Of a stretch of DNA of 64,000 nt, positions 20,345 to 29,698 are shown in pieces. Numbering within the stretch: position 1 is the first letter of the stretch; every line of letters begins with the position of its first letter. Under the pieces are notes generated by a model. The model made no database searches, was not told the DNA's origin, and was given only the letters and a program-made list of their open reading frames with translations. Origin of the DNA: Ignavibacteriota bacterium (GTDB lineage: Bacteria; Bacteroidota; Ignavibacteria; UBA10030; UBA6906); assembly GCA_963801355.1 (NCBI GenBank), contig CAWDEM010000004.1:480001-544000 (forward strand), read 5' to 3'. A program made the translations under genes and the position numbers.

Positions 20345-20363
20345 GTATCAGGCGCGGATAGTT

Positions 20364-20436
20364 AACTGCACCCGACGCCGTGCATTGGCTGAAGGTGAAT
20401 TCTTGTTCGCGGTGCAGTTGAACCTCGTCGTTAGGC
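20364..20436 (+). repeat. degenerate integron attC-like site
   Basis: Inverted repeat AACTGCACC/GGTGCAGTT ending in core GTTAGGC just upstream of the TIR gene. Confidence 0.45.
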
Positions 20437-20482
20437 TGCACTCCGTTTCCACAATGTTTGCCAAAGAACTCCGAGTAATCGC

Positions 20483-21319
20483 ATGAACGACAAACATAAC
20501 ATGCTTGCCATACCTCGAATGCAAGCCAGCTCAATGATCGAGGAAAGAATTACCAAAGGGAGTGAAATCCGCTTGAAGTCCGTTGATGGCGCTACTGGCC
20601 TAGTTCAGCTGAAGTCTGAATGGTATTCTTGGGATGAATATAACCGCGAGATGCTACGACAGATGTTTACGACCTCTGAGATAGCGGACGAATATAGTGC
20701 CTCGGGTGGCTTTTTCATAGCTGGTGACTACTCCTTCTCCAAAGAGGTAAATGATTTCTACAATGACATAGACAACGATCTTCGCAAGCTATCGTCAATA
20801 AGAGACCGTCTTGAATTGATACCTATGGTTCCTACTGTTTCACTTCAAGGATCGACTAACATGGCTGCCTCTACAATTGATAAATCTGTCTTCATCGTGC
20901 ATGGTCATGACGAAGCCGCACTTCACACGGTGGCTCGGTTTATTGAGCGTCTTGCCTTAGACCCTGTCGTTCTCCACGAAAAGCCCTCGAAGGGACGTAC
21001 AATTGTGGAGAAGCTTGAAGCTCATTCACATGTAAGATTCGCCGTTGTGTTGCTCACTTCTGATGATGTCGGTGGTGTTGACCAAAAACATCTCAAACCC
21101 CGAGCTCGTCAAAATGTAGTCCTAGAATTGGGTTTCTTCCTAGCACGGCTTGGGCGAGAAAATGTCATTGCCCTTTACAAGGGGGAACTTGAAATGCCTT
21201 CCGATTACATGGGTGTAGTCTATGTCCCCTTCGATGCGGCTGGTGCTTGGAAGTTGACTCTTGCCAGGGAACTCAAAGCCGCTGGGATCGATGTTGATAT
21301 GAATAGAGCAATCACATAG
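20483..21319 (+). CDS. TIR-like domain protein (CAP12/Pycsar-effector type TIR)
   Basis: VFIVHGHD, TIVEKLE, FAVVLLTSDD, RARQNVVLELGFF, EMPSDYMG motifs. Confidence 0.9.
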   Translation: MNDKHNMLAIPRMQASSMIEERITKGSEIRLKSVDGATGLVQLKSEWYSWDEYNREMLRQMFTTSEIADEYSASGGFFIAGDYSFSKEVNDFYNDIDNDLRKLSSIRDRLELIPMVPTVSLQGSTNMAASTIDKSVFIVHGHDEAALHTVARFIERLALDPVVLHEKPSKGRTIVEKLEAHSHVRFAVVLLTSDDVGGVDQKHLKPRARQNVVLELGFFLARLGRENVIALYKGELEMPSDYMGVVYVPFDAAGAWKLTLARELKAAGIDVDMNRAIT

Positions 21320-21325
21320 CAATGC

Positions 21326-21405
21326 GCTCTAACCCGCGGCTGCACCTGACGCCGCGTAGGGAGAAAACCGTGACAGGGACTTCTGAACGAGGTCGGATGT
21401 TAAAT
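21326..21405 (+). repeat. second degenerate attC-like site
   Basis: CTCTAAC 7 nt after the TIR stop, then CTGCACCTGACGCCG (matches CTGCACCCGACGCCG at 20366); GTTAAAT at 21399. Confidence 0.35.
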
Positions 21406-21536
21406 GATTTGCGATTGTAATTCCTCTCAAGTATCTTGAAACACAATCAACGAGGGCAGCTGCAACCAGGTAGCACGCCATCTGCGTCGTCATTCGAAAA
21501 GTGGTGAAATGAAGTTGGATTGTTGAACTCGGGGCA

Positions 21537-21579
21537 TTTGGGACCAAGAAGTCGCAGGTTCAAATCCTGTCGCCCCGAC
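21537..21579 (+). mobile_element. att site: tRNA-Pro(TGG) 3' half, copy 1
   Basis: TTTGGGACCAAGAAGTCGCAGGTTCAAATCCTGTCGCCCCGAC, identical at 42213 and 47449; no tRNA 5' half upstream. Confidence 0.9.
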
Positions 21580-21598
21580 GAAAAGAAACGGTTTTGAA

Positions 21599-21633
21599 GA
21601 GCGCCTTCCAAACAAGGAAGGCGCTCGTTTTTT
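21599..21633 (+). terminator. rho-independent terminator
   Basis: GAGCGCCTTCC-N6-GGAAGGCGCTC followed by a T-run. Confidence 0.8.
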
Positions 21634-22391
21634 CTTCTTGACTTCCCCTCAAGCACGAGCGCTTCTTCCACGCGTGTCCCTCCCAAAGGCCATCCAAGCC
21701 AGAACTGCACTCTGAACCATTCGGATATTGACCCAGGGCAATAACAAGGATTTCAATGTGCATTCACTACTTTGTACGAGAGTGGAGTTTTGACGAGGGA
21801 CAGACTGTTCATATTTGATTTTGGTCTTGAAACGCCGTACTTTCGCGGAGGGCTAAGATGAGTTGTCTGTAGAAGGATCGGGCCCGTGCACACGATGGAT
21901 TCAAGGTGAACCGCCTCCAATTCTGGGCAGGTGAAGCCGTGAAAACTCTACCTACCACGTCACGAAAAAGTCGGACGGCAGGTTATCAGGGCTTTCAATG
22001 TTGAAGGGGCGGCACGAGGATCATCCAATCCACGTGGTTCCATCACTCCCCATATGTGCGGTCAAGCAGCACACTCGAACTCTTAACCTGATGTGGTCTT
22101 GACCGTCTCAGTGGATCCAACCAGTTCTTTCACTCAAGGCAGATCTCCTTATTGCGCCTGGCCATGTGATGTTCTTGTGCACGACCCAGGCAGGAGGGAT
22201 CCATACTGAATGTTTCCGAGGTTGTATAGCGTCACGATGAGCAACCTGAAGCTGAGAGTGGAGTTCTCGGGATAGCTACTGTTCCCCTGTAGTCGATTCC
22301 TATCTTGAACAGTTCGGATTCTGCAAAGCCGTTCGAAACACAAGAGAGAAAAGCGTTCCATCGGCACACACCAACCACGGAGGAACCTCCT

Positions 22392-22664
22392 ATGTTTGGA
22401 CTTGGGAAAAAGAAGCAACCCCAGCGCATCGAAATGCCCGACGTCGCTGCCGAGTACGCCTACGTTCAACAATTGACTTGCGAGAGTTGCCACGGTCCGA
22501 CTTCTTCACAACGAACAGGAGGTTCAGGTCCTGAAGACGGACACATGATCGATCACTGGCTGATCACGTGTAAGCGGTGCGGCAAGACTCGGCAGGTCGA
22601 TCTAAGTGTCCCTGAAATGGACATTTCCGCGCTGCTCGGTTCGCTGGGAAAGAAGAACGACTAG
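22392..22664 (+). CDS. small Zn-ribbon protein
   Basis: RBS GGAGG; CESC...CKRC pair; first gene of the WD40/STAND cluster. Confidence 0.7.
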   Translation: MFGLGKKKQPQRIEMPDVAAEYAYVQQLTCESCHGPTSSQRTGGSGPEDGHMIDHWLITCKRCGKTRQVDLSVPEMDISALLGSLGKKND

Positions 22665-22735
22665 CCGCACACGGACTCAACAAGACGTTAGTCCTTACGG
22701 TCACTTGAGGTCCCCGCAGAACACCCCCACGGAGA

Positions 22736-24886
22736 ATGCGGTTGAGCCTGGTTTCAATTCATGACGACTTGGCTGAATGGCTGCGTTTTCTGACGTCGCA
22801 GAGCCATGTGCTGCGAGAGTACCCTGGCCTACTCTTGCAACAGGCGGCCAACCAACCGAAACAGAGCGGCCTATCAGCCCCCGCAAATGAACTATTGTCC
22901 AGCGGTGCCGGACCGTGGCTGCGGTGGATCAATTCTCCGAAGCAATTCTCTCCCTGTTTGCTCGTCCTGGTGGGACATACAGCCGCTGTCAATGCTATAG
23001 CGATTACCCCGGACAGTCGGCGCATTATCTCCTGTAGTGATGACAAGACAATTAAGATCTGGGAGTCCGTGAGTGGAGAGGAACTGCAAAGCCTGACCGG
23101 GCATTCGGCAGGAGTTACAGCAGTACTGGTGACTCCAGACGGAAAGCGAATCGTTTCTGGGAGTGCGGACTGGACCCTTAAGATCTGGGACCCGGAAAAC
23201 GCACTCGAGGAAAATACTCTGATCGGCCACAAAGGAGAGGTCTCTTCAATACGGCTCTCAACGGACGGGGAGTACCTGATATCAAAAAGTGTTGACGGAA
23301 CCTCCCGCGTCTGGGACCTTCAGACTGGACGGCCGGTTGAAGGATCAACCGCTCATGCCAGTTCAAAATCTACTGCAGTGCCTTCCGGCAGTGGTGCCCG
23401 TGAGGTCCGCACGGCCGACAGCAGATATATTCTATCCATTGATGAGAACAATCTAGCTGTAAAGGACGGAACAGATTCAAGAAATATCTGCTCGCTCAGC
23501 GGGCACACCGATCTCATACAAAGTGTTGCCGTAAGCCCCGACGGCACATTCATTGTTACTGCGTCCAAAGATCAGACCTTGCGAATCTGGGAAGCGCGCC
23601 GCTTCGCTGTGCTGGGAAGCCTCGCACAACAACAGGGATCGAGTTCTCCTTCGGATCTGCAAAAGAGAGCTCATCGCAAGGCAGTGAAGGCGCTCGCGCT
23701 GTTTCCTGACGCGCGTCGCGCATACTCCCTAGCCGAGAACCTCTGCCTCTGGAATCTTTCCGGCACGCAGGAACCACAATCCGTGGAAGTAGACCGTGAA
23801 TGTTCCTCTATTGCGCTCACTCCAGACTCGCGCTACATTCTGGCAACCGGGGAGAAACTCGAGCTTTTCGATGCCCAGAACGGAAAACGACTTATCTGTA
23901 TTCCGTCTCATCATACTATCTACAGCATTGCCGTCACCACGGACAACAACAAAGCAATCACCGTTGGCACTGACAATGCTCTTCGGGTTTGGAGTATTCC
24001 CCAAGGCGTACTCATCCGCACCACTCGGGTTGAACATGGCCCCATATCTCTCATTCTCACTTCACCGGATGGTCGATTCGCAATATCTGCCGGCGGGCCT
24101 TCGTCGTTTATCGGCTTGCCTGTCGTCAGCTCTATGGGAGTCTCCGATGAGATGGCCGGTTCAGAAGACAAGAGTATCAACGTCTTCGCCCAGGACGGGA
24201 AGTTTCTTTTCGCTTTGGACGGACACAGCGACCGGGTCATCGCTGCAGTCGTGACTCCCGACGGTCGCTCGTTGATCTCCGGGAGCCGGGACCACACTAT
24301 TGCCATTTGGGATTTAGACAGTCGAACACGAACACGGAGTTTGAAAGGTCATTCAGCTACTGTTGACGCTCTGATCATCAGCCCTGACAGCCGATTCCTA
24401 GTTTCCGCCGGTTCAGACAGTCTTCGCGTTTGGGATCTCCGACAATTCCAGGAACTGTTGTGTCTCAACAATGCTGCAGGACATTCCCTGCATTGTTTGA
24501 CCTCTGACAGTTGCTCCATTTTGACCGCCCAAGGCCACGTCCTGCATGTATGGGACTCCGGATCGGGGTGCATCTCTCAGCGTTTTCCAGCTGAAGCTCC
24601 CATCAAAACTGTGACGACTCTTGATGACCTCATCGTTGTGGGAGACTCTATAGGGCATGTATACTTACTGAATCGTTGCGGCGTGGAGATCGGCTCTCGC
24701 ATTGTCACAGCACGCACTGTTTCACAGCGAAGCGAAATCATGTGCCCGTACTGTCTCACCACACAAGACATCGTCCGTGAAAACCTGGACAAACAGGTGA
24801 ACTGCACCGTTTGCTTGAAACCGCTGCGGTTGAGCCCTGTTCTTCTTCCCCGCTCTGCCAAAGTGTGGTGGCGTGTCTGGCAATAA
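22736..24886 (+). CDS. WD40 beta-propeller protein with N-terminal NWD1/TEP1-type linker and C-terminal Zn ribbon
   Basis: Many GH...WD repeats; N-terminal FLTSQSHVLREYP...QAANQP...PWLRW; CPYC/CTVC; ends KVWWRVWQ. Confidence 0.9.
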   Translation: MRLSLVSIHDDLAEWLRFLTSQSHVLREYPGLLLQQAANQPKQSGLSAPANELLSSGAGPWLRWINSPKQFSPCLLVLVGHTAAVNAIAITPDSRRIISCSDDKTIKIWESVSGEELQSLTGHSAGVTAVLVTPDGKRIVSGSADWTLKIWDPENALEENTLIGHKGEVSSIRLSTDGEYLISKSVDGTSRVWDLQTGRPVEGSTAHASSKSTAVPSGSGAREVRTADSRYILSIDENNLAVKDGTDSRNICSLSGHTDLIQSVAVSPDGTFIVTASKDQTLRIWEARRFAVLGSLAQQQGSSSPSDLQKRAHRKAVKALALFPDARRAYSLAENLCLWNLSGTQEPQSVEVDRECSSIALTPDSRYILATGEKLELFDAQNGKRLICIPSHHTIYSIAVTTDNNKAITVGTDNALRVWSIPQGVLIRTTRVEHGPISLILTSPDGRFAISAGGPSSFIGLPVVSSMGVSDEMAGSEDKSINVFAQDGKFLFALDGHSDRVIAAVVTPDGRSLISGSRDHTIAIWDLDSRTRTRSLKGHSATVDALIISPDSRFLVSAGSDSLRVWDLRQFQELLCLNNAAGHSLHCLTSDSCSILTAQGHVLHVWDSGSGCISQRFPAEAPIKTVTTLDDLIVVGDSIGHVYLLNRCGVEIGSRIVTARTVSQRSEIMCPYCLTTQDIVRENLDKQVNCTVCLKPLRLSPVLLPRSAKVWWRVWQ

Positions 24887-24903
24887 ACGAGCAAGGACTC
24901 ATT

Positions 24904-27231
24904 ATGCCTCTACACTGGATCAATCCTCCCGACAGCACATCAGCGAACCTCTCCACGATCACCGGACATAGACAGGCAATAGAACATCTGGCCATCAGTC
25001 AAGACGGTAAACGGATTTTGTCCATGAGCTTGGACCAGACGATCCGCATTTGGGACTTCACCACGGGAAACCAGTCGCAGACGATAGGAACAGAGAAGAC
25101 CTCGCCACACGTCGAAGACATCGAGGGATCGCTCGATCGTCTCGCCCGCAGACCAACGCCTTTTGCAGTGAATCAAGAGCTGGCGACGCTGTTCCGTCTT
25201 AAACCCAACGGCGATATAGAAGCCATGGATGTTTCAAACGAAATCGAACTCTATTCAGTACAAGCTGAAGATCAGAAGATCTCCGTTCTGGCTCTGAGCC
25301 CGGATAGCCGATATCTGATTTCGGGTTCGATCCAGGGAACTATCAGTGTCTGGGACACTCGCACACAGAAGCTCTTGCGTTGTTGGAGGGCGCATCAGCT
25401 TCCCATCACTTGCCTTTCATTCTCCTCGGACGGATCACGGGTCTATTCGGGAGGATTTGACAAGATCGTCCGGGTGTGGGATCCAGAGAGCACAAAGGAA
25501 CTACTCTCTATCGGGCAAACCCAGACACCAGGAGTATTCGGCTCATATAACCCCCTGGGGACTCTCATCAAGAAGCAGGGAATTGTGGGCTGGGTAAACG
25601 TTCTTGCAGTCACACCCGATGGCAAGAGAGTGTTTGTCGGCGACGGTGTCATTGAGAAGATCAAGACATGGGACGGACTCACGGGAAGAACGATGGAATC
25701 TCTCTCGGGGCATGACGGATGGATAAATGACCTGACCGTCAGTCCAGACGGCCGCCTTTTGGCTAGCGCTTCGCAGGACAACACCATCAAGATCTGGGAC
25801 GTCGATGAATCCCGCGAAATAGCAGCTCTCATGGGGCACGCGGGATCGGTCACTGCCCTTGCCTTTAGTCCTGATGCCAAGTTCATCGTTTCTGGAAGTG
25901 TTGATTGCACTATCAACATCTGGGATGTTCGGGCTGCTCAAGCAACGCCAGCACTCGAAGAACGCGAACGCTACGTTTCGGATGTTGCCTTTTTTCCTGA
26001 CGGCAGACGCCTCATCTCGGTAGGAGATAAGGTTCACGTTTGGGAAATCGCAACCGGGAAGAAACTTCTTTCTGCTGAACCGTCGGGCAAACCCAGTGTA
26101 GTGAATACAAGCCCAGATGGACGCAGTGTTTTGTGGGCCAACTCAGACACGATAGTTGAGTTCTGGAGCCCGCAGTCAGGCGCCAAACCGTTGCAGCTCA
26201 ATTCCTATCTTGGGATTATTGCTGCGCTGGCGTTCTCTCCTGATGGAACCGCGATGGTTGCTGGTGGTGACGAGTATTTCCTGCGAATCTGGGAAGTGCA
26301 ATCTGGTCGCGACCGTCATCTCCTGAGCTGGTATTCCGCCGCCGAACGAAAGAAACGGGTGGTCGAACAGCCTTCGCCTGTGCAGCAATTCATACGATTT
26401 CTCGAGCCCAAGGAAGGCATTGCTGCTGCAGCTGTCACTCTGGATAGCCGATTGCTTGTGGCGGGCGGACGTGACGGCGCCATCAAGATCTGGGACACGC
26501 AGAGTGGAAAGTCCATCGCGGCCTTTGCGGCCCATCATGGCAGCGTCTCCCGGATTGCCCTCTTCCCCGATGGCACACACTTCGTTTCAGGCGGACAGGA
26601 CGGAATGATCCTGATCTGGGATCTGGACCGCCCTGGACGATCGCACGTCCTGGAGCAGAGCACTGCATCAGCGGACCGTCACCCGATTCAATCCCTGGTA
26701 GTCGCATCGAACGGTGATCATCTGTACTGGAGCACATCCGCCGGCTTGGTCTGGCAATCGGACTTGCGGATCAAACAATCGTCCGTGATGGGGAGCATCG
26801 GGGCAAAGCGACTCTCGTTCGGTCGCATCCAGAATGTTGCCGTGACTCCGGATGCCCAATATGTCGTGGCAGGTGGTGCTTCTGCAGAGATAATGGTCTG
26901 GAAGGCCGGGAGCGGTGAAGTGATCGACGTCTTCCGTACACACGCCGCGGTGCGCTTCGTAGACGCTCTAGACAACGTGATTCTCGCATTGGATGCCACC
27001 GGGAGGTTTTACATTCTGGAGCTTTCGGGAGTAGACATCGGCCCTCGCTGTGTAAGCGCCACGAAGACTGGTCGGAATATTCAGTATCGATGCCCGCACT
27101 GTTTCCATACGAATCTGCCTGATCCACGTGCGCTCGGACATCCTATGAACTGCCAGGCGTGTGGAAAGACTGTGAAGGTCAATCGTTCGATTGCATCGGG
27201 TTTTCGAGCGCCGTGGTGGCGCTTCTGGTGA
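24904..27231 (+). CDS. WD40 beta-propeller protein with C-terminal Zn ribbon
   Basis: Start MPLHWINPP with RBS AAGGA; WD repeats; CPHC/CQAC; ends APWWRFW. Confidence 0.9.
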   Translation: MPLHWINPPDSTSANLSTITGHRQAIEHLAISQDGKRILSMSLDQTIRIWDFTTGNQSQTIGTEKTSPHVEDIEGSLDRLARRPTPFAVNQELATLFRLKPNGDIEAMDVSNEIELYSVQAEDQKISVLALSPDSRYLISGSIQGTISVWDTRTQKLLRCWRAHQLPITCLSFSSDGSRVYSGGFDKIVRVWDPESTKELLSIGQTQTPGVFGSYNPLGTLIKKQGIVGWVNVLAVTPDGKRVFVGDGVIEKIKTWDGLTGRTMESLSGHDGWINDLTVSPDGRLLASASQDNTIKIWDVDESREIAALMGHAGSVTALAFSPDAKFIVSGSVDCTINIWDVRAAQATPALEERERYVSDVAFFPDGRRLISVGDKVHVWEIATGKKLLSAEPSGKPSVVNTSPDGRSVLWANSDTIVEFWSPQSGAKPLQLNSYLGIIAALAFSPDGTAMVAGGDEYFLRIWEVQSGRDRHLLSWYSAAERKKRVVEQPSPVQQFIRFLEPKEGIAAAAVTLDSRLLVAGGRDGAIKIWDTQSGKSIAAFAAHHGSVSRIALFPDGTHFVSGGQDGMILIWDLDRPGRSHVLEQSTASADRHPIQSLVVASNGDHLYWSTSAGLVWQSDLRIKQSSVMGSIGAKRLSFGRIQNVAVTPDAQYVVAGGASAEIMVWKAGSGEVIDVFRTHAAVRFVDALDNVILALDATGRFYILELSGVDIGPRCVSATKTGRNIQYRCPHCFHTNLPDPRALGHPMNCQACGKTVKVNRSIASGFRAPWWRFW

Positions 27232-27238
27232 GGCGGGT

Positions 27239-29554
27239 ATGACACGAACCGCTCGAACATTCCGCGTTTTTGTTAGCTCGACCTTCAGTGACCTGAAGGA
27301 GGAACGGAACGCGCTTCACAAAGAAGTGTTCCCGAAGTTGCGAGAGTTGTGCGCGAAGCATGACTGTCGTTTCCAGACCATCGATCTGCGCTGGGGAGTC
27401 CCTGAGGAAGCAGGATTGGACCAGCAGACGATGAGCATCTGTCTGGATGAAGTGAAGCGATCGCAGAGGGTTTCGCCGCGTCCCAACTTCATTGTTATTC
27501 TCGGCGACCGTTACGGCTGGAGACCGCTCCCAGCAGAGATCGACGTCCAGGAATTCGACCAGATCGTCCGCTGTCGAACAGAATTTCATCCGTTGCTGAA
27601 AGCGTGGTACGTGCGGGATGACAATGCCGTCCCGCCTGTGTACTGTCTTCAACCGCGCCACAAAGAGTTCGCAGACTATCATATCTGGGAAGAGAAAGTA
27701 GAACGACCGCTCCGTGTCTTGCTGCGCGAAGCCATAACGCAGATCAGATTGTCGGGCAGACCGCTTTTGAAGTACACAACGTCTGCAACCGAGCAGGAGA
27801 TTGAAGCCGGAGCAATGAGCGTTCGTGATGCAAACGAACATGTCACATGCTTCTTTCGCAGCATTCGCAACCTGCCGCAGGATCTACGCGCAAAGGACTA
27901 TCTGGATTTCGATGACAAAGGCGCGGTCGATACTGACGCGCAGAACCTTTTGGAGGGGCTCAAGGCACGCCTTCGACAACACTTGTCCGGAAGGATTCAT
28001 GACTACGTTGCAGAGTGGACAGAAGAGGGGATGACTACTCACCATATCCACCCACTGTGTGAGGATGTGCTATCGGCCCTCTCCGACGTGATCAAACAGG
28101 AAATCGTCAGGCTCGAAAGAATTGACACGCTCGACAAGGAAATCATCGATCATGATGTGTTCGGCAATCAACGCGCGAAGACTTTTGTCGGACGATCTGA
28201 GCCGTTGCAGGCAATTGCCGATTACATAAGCGAGAACACTAAATATCCTCTCGTGGTTTGCGGCGATTCGGGATCCGGCAAATCTGCACTCATGGCGCGT
28301 GCCGCCTCGCTGATTCGAGCTCGGTTTCCAGCGTACCATGTCGTCGTGCGATTCATCGGCGCAACACCAGGCTCCAGTAATATTAGGGCCCTGCTGGAAA
28401 GCGTATGCCGTCAGATTGCACAGCTGTACGGCGTGGATGAAACTACCGTTCCATCCGATTATCGAGAGTTGATACTCAAATTCCGTGAATGTCTCGCATT
28501 GTCTTCCGCAGATACCCCGGTGGTTGTGTTTCTCGATGCGCTAGATCAACTCCCTGAACGCGAACAGAAACAGAGTCTACTCTGGCTGGCCGCTCAACTG
28601 CCAATCCATGCACGCCTCATTGTCACGACAATTCCAGGCAACCACATATCTAGCTTGGAGAAAAAACTTCCCAAGGGGAACATCGTACGACTCAACCCGA
28701 TGGAATTGACCGAAGCTAGCCAGCTATTGGACCTATGGCTGGAAATGGACGGGCGGACTCTGCAACCCGGACAGAAAAGCCAGGTGCTGAACACCTTCGC
28801 GGCATGCCCGCTGCCGCTCTATCTGAAGCTGGCCTTTGAGGAAGCCCGCCACTGGAAATCGTACACGATGTGCGCGCCGCTCAGGGCCGACATTCCGGGT
28901 ATCATTCGGGACCTCTTCGCACGACTTTCCCTGGATTCACATCACGGCCTCACCCTTGTCTCCCGCAGTCTTAGCTACCTCGTCGCCGCCCGGAACGGCC
29001 TGAGCGAAGATGAACTTCTGGATGTTCTCTCCAGAGACAAAACCGTCTTTGAAGACTTCAAGAGGCGGGCCAAACATGAGCCTCCGGAAGAACGCCTCCC
29101 TGCCATCGTCTGGTCACGTCTCTACTTCGATCTGGAACCATACCTGACGGAACGCAGTGGCGACGGAACCACCTTACTCGGCTTCTTTCACCGCCAACTG
29201 AAACAAGTAGTCATCGATGATTACCTGACCGACAAGGAAAAACTGATGAGGCATCGGTCCTTAGCCGATTACTTCGCAACGATGCCGCTTTGTGATAGTT
29301 CAAAGACAGCATACAGTATCCGGAAACTTTCAGAACTCCCTTACCAACAAACCTCAGGTGAAATGTGGGAGGAGCTGCACAGCATCCTGACCGATTTCGA
29401 GTTTGTGGAAGCGAAATGCACCTATGTGGCCGTTACTGTGTCCGGCAAGCGTGGAGAAAGCCGCCCCGGTTACGGCGGAGTATACGAACTGCAACAAGAT
29501 TATCGTCTTGCGCTGCAGCGATTGTCCGAAGCTCTTCAACAGAAGACTTCCTGA
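27239..29554 (+). CDS. DUF4062(TIR-like)-NACHT/STAND NTPase lacking a repeat sensor (TEP1/NWD1-like)
   Basis: RVFVSSTFSDLKEER, IDLRWG, GDRYGW, SATEQEI; FVGR, GDSGSGKS, FLDALD, PLYLKL, ARNGLSEDEL, ELPYQ. Confidence 0.9.
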   Translation: MTRTARTFRVFVSSTFSDLKEERNALHKEVFPKLRELCAKHDCRFQTIDLRWGVPEEAGLDQQTMSICLDEVKRSQRVSPRPNFIVILGDRYGWRPLPAEIDVQEFDQIVRCRTEFHPLLKAWYVRDDNAVPPVYCLQPRHKEFADYHIWEEKVERPLRVLLREAITQIRLSGRPLLKYTTSATEQEIEAGAMSVRDANEHVTCFFRSIRNLPQDLRAKDYLDFDDKGAVDTDAQNLLEGLKARLRQHLSGRIHDYVAEWTEEGMTTHHIHPLCEDVLSALSDVIKQEIVRLERIDTLDKEIIDHDVFGNQRAKTFVGRSEPLQAIADYISENTKYPLVVCGDSGSGKSALMARAASLIRARFPAYHVVVRFIGATPGSSNIRALLESVCRQIAQLYGVDETTVPSDYRELILKFRECLALSSADTPVVVFLDALDQLPEREQKQSLLWLAAQLPIHARLIVTTIPGNHISSLEKKLPKGNIVRLNPMELTEASQLLDLWLEMDGRTLQPGQKSQVLNTFAACPLPLYLKLAFEEARHWKSYTMCAPLRADIPGIIRDLFARLSLDSHHGLTLVSRSLSYLVAARNGLSEDELLDVLSRDKTVFEDFKRRAKHEPPEERLPAIVWSRLYFDLEPYLTERSGDGTTLLGFFHRQLKQVVIDDYLTDKEKLMRHRSLADYFATMPLCDSSKTAYSIRKLSELPYQQTSGEMWEELHSILTDFEFVEAKCTYVAVTVSGKRGESRPGYGGVYELQQDYRLALQRLSEALQQKTS

Positions 29555-29698
29555 GCCTTTTCTTGCTCTGTCTCTATTCTGCCCATCCCCGGTCTTGTCG
29601 GGATTGCCCTGAAAGGAAGAACCTGAATCATCCAGAGAAGCTCGCCGCTACCGATGACATTACTGACAGGTTGATTTTTTTGAAATCCGTTTGAAAGG

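Noticed and set aside
21505-21579. Complete tRNA-Pro gene at the att copies
   Set aside because: Only the part from the anticodon loop to the 3' end is present; no D-arm or 5' acceptor strand lies upstream at any of the three copies.
22149-22429. Minus-strand fragment ELFKIGIDY resembling the TPR protein N-terminus (ALFRVGIDQ)
   Set aside because: The match is too short to separate from chance and there is no sustained ORF.
22736-27231. DGR or hypervariable nucleotide repeats in the WD40 genes
   Set aside because: The repeats are diverged at DNA level; I saw no near-identical template/variable pair and no reverse transcriptase.
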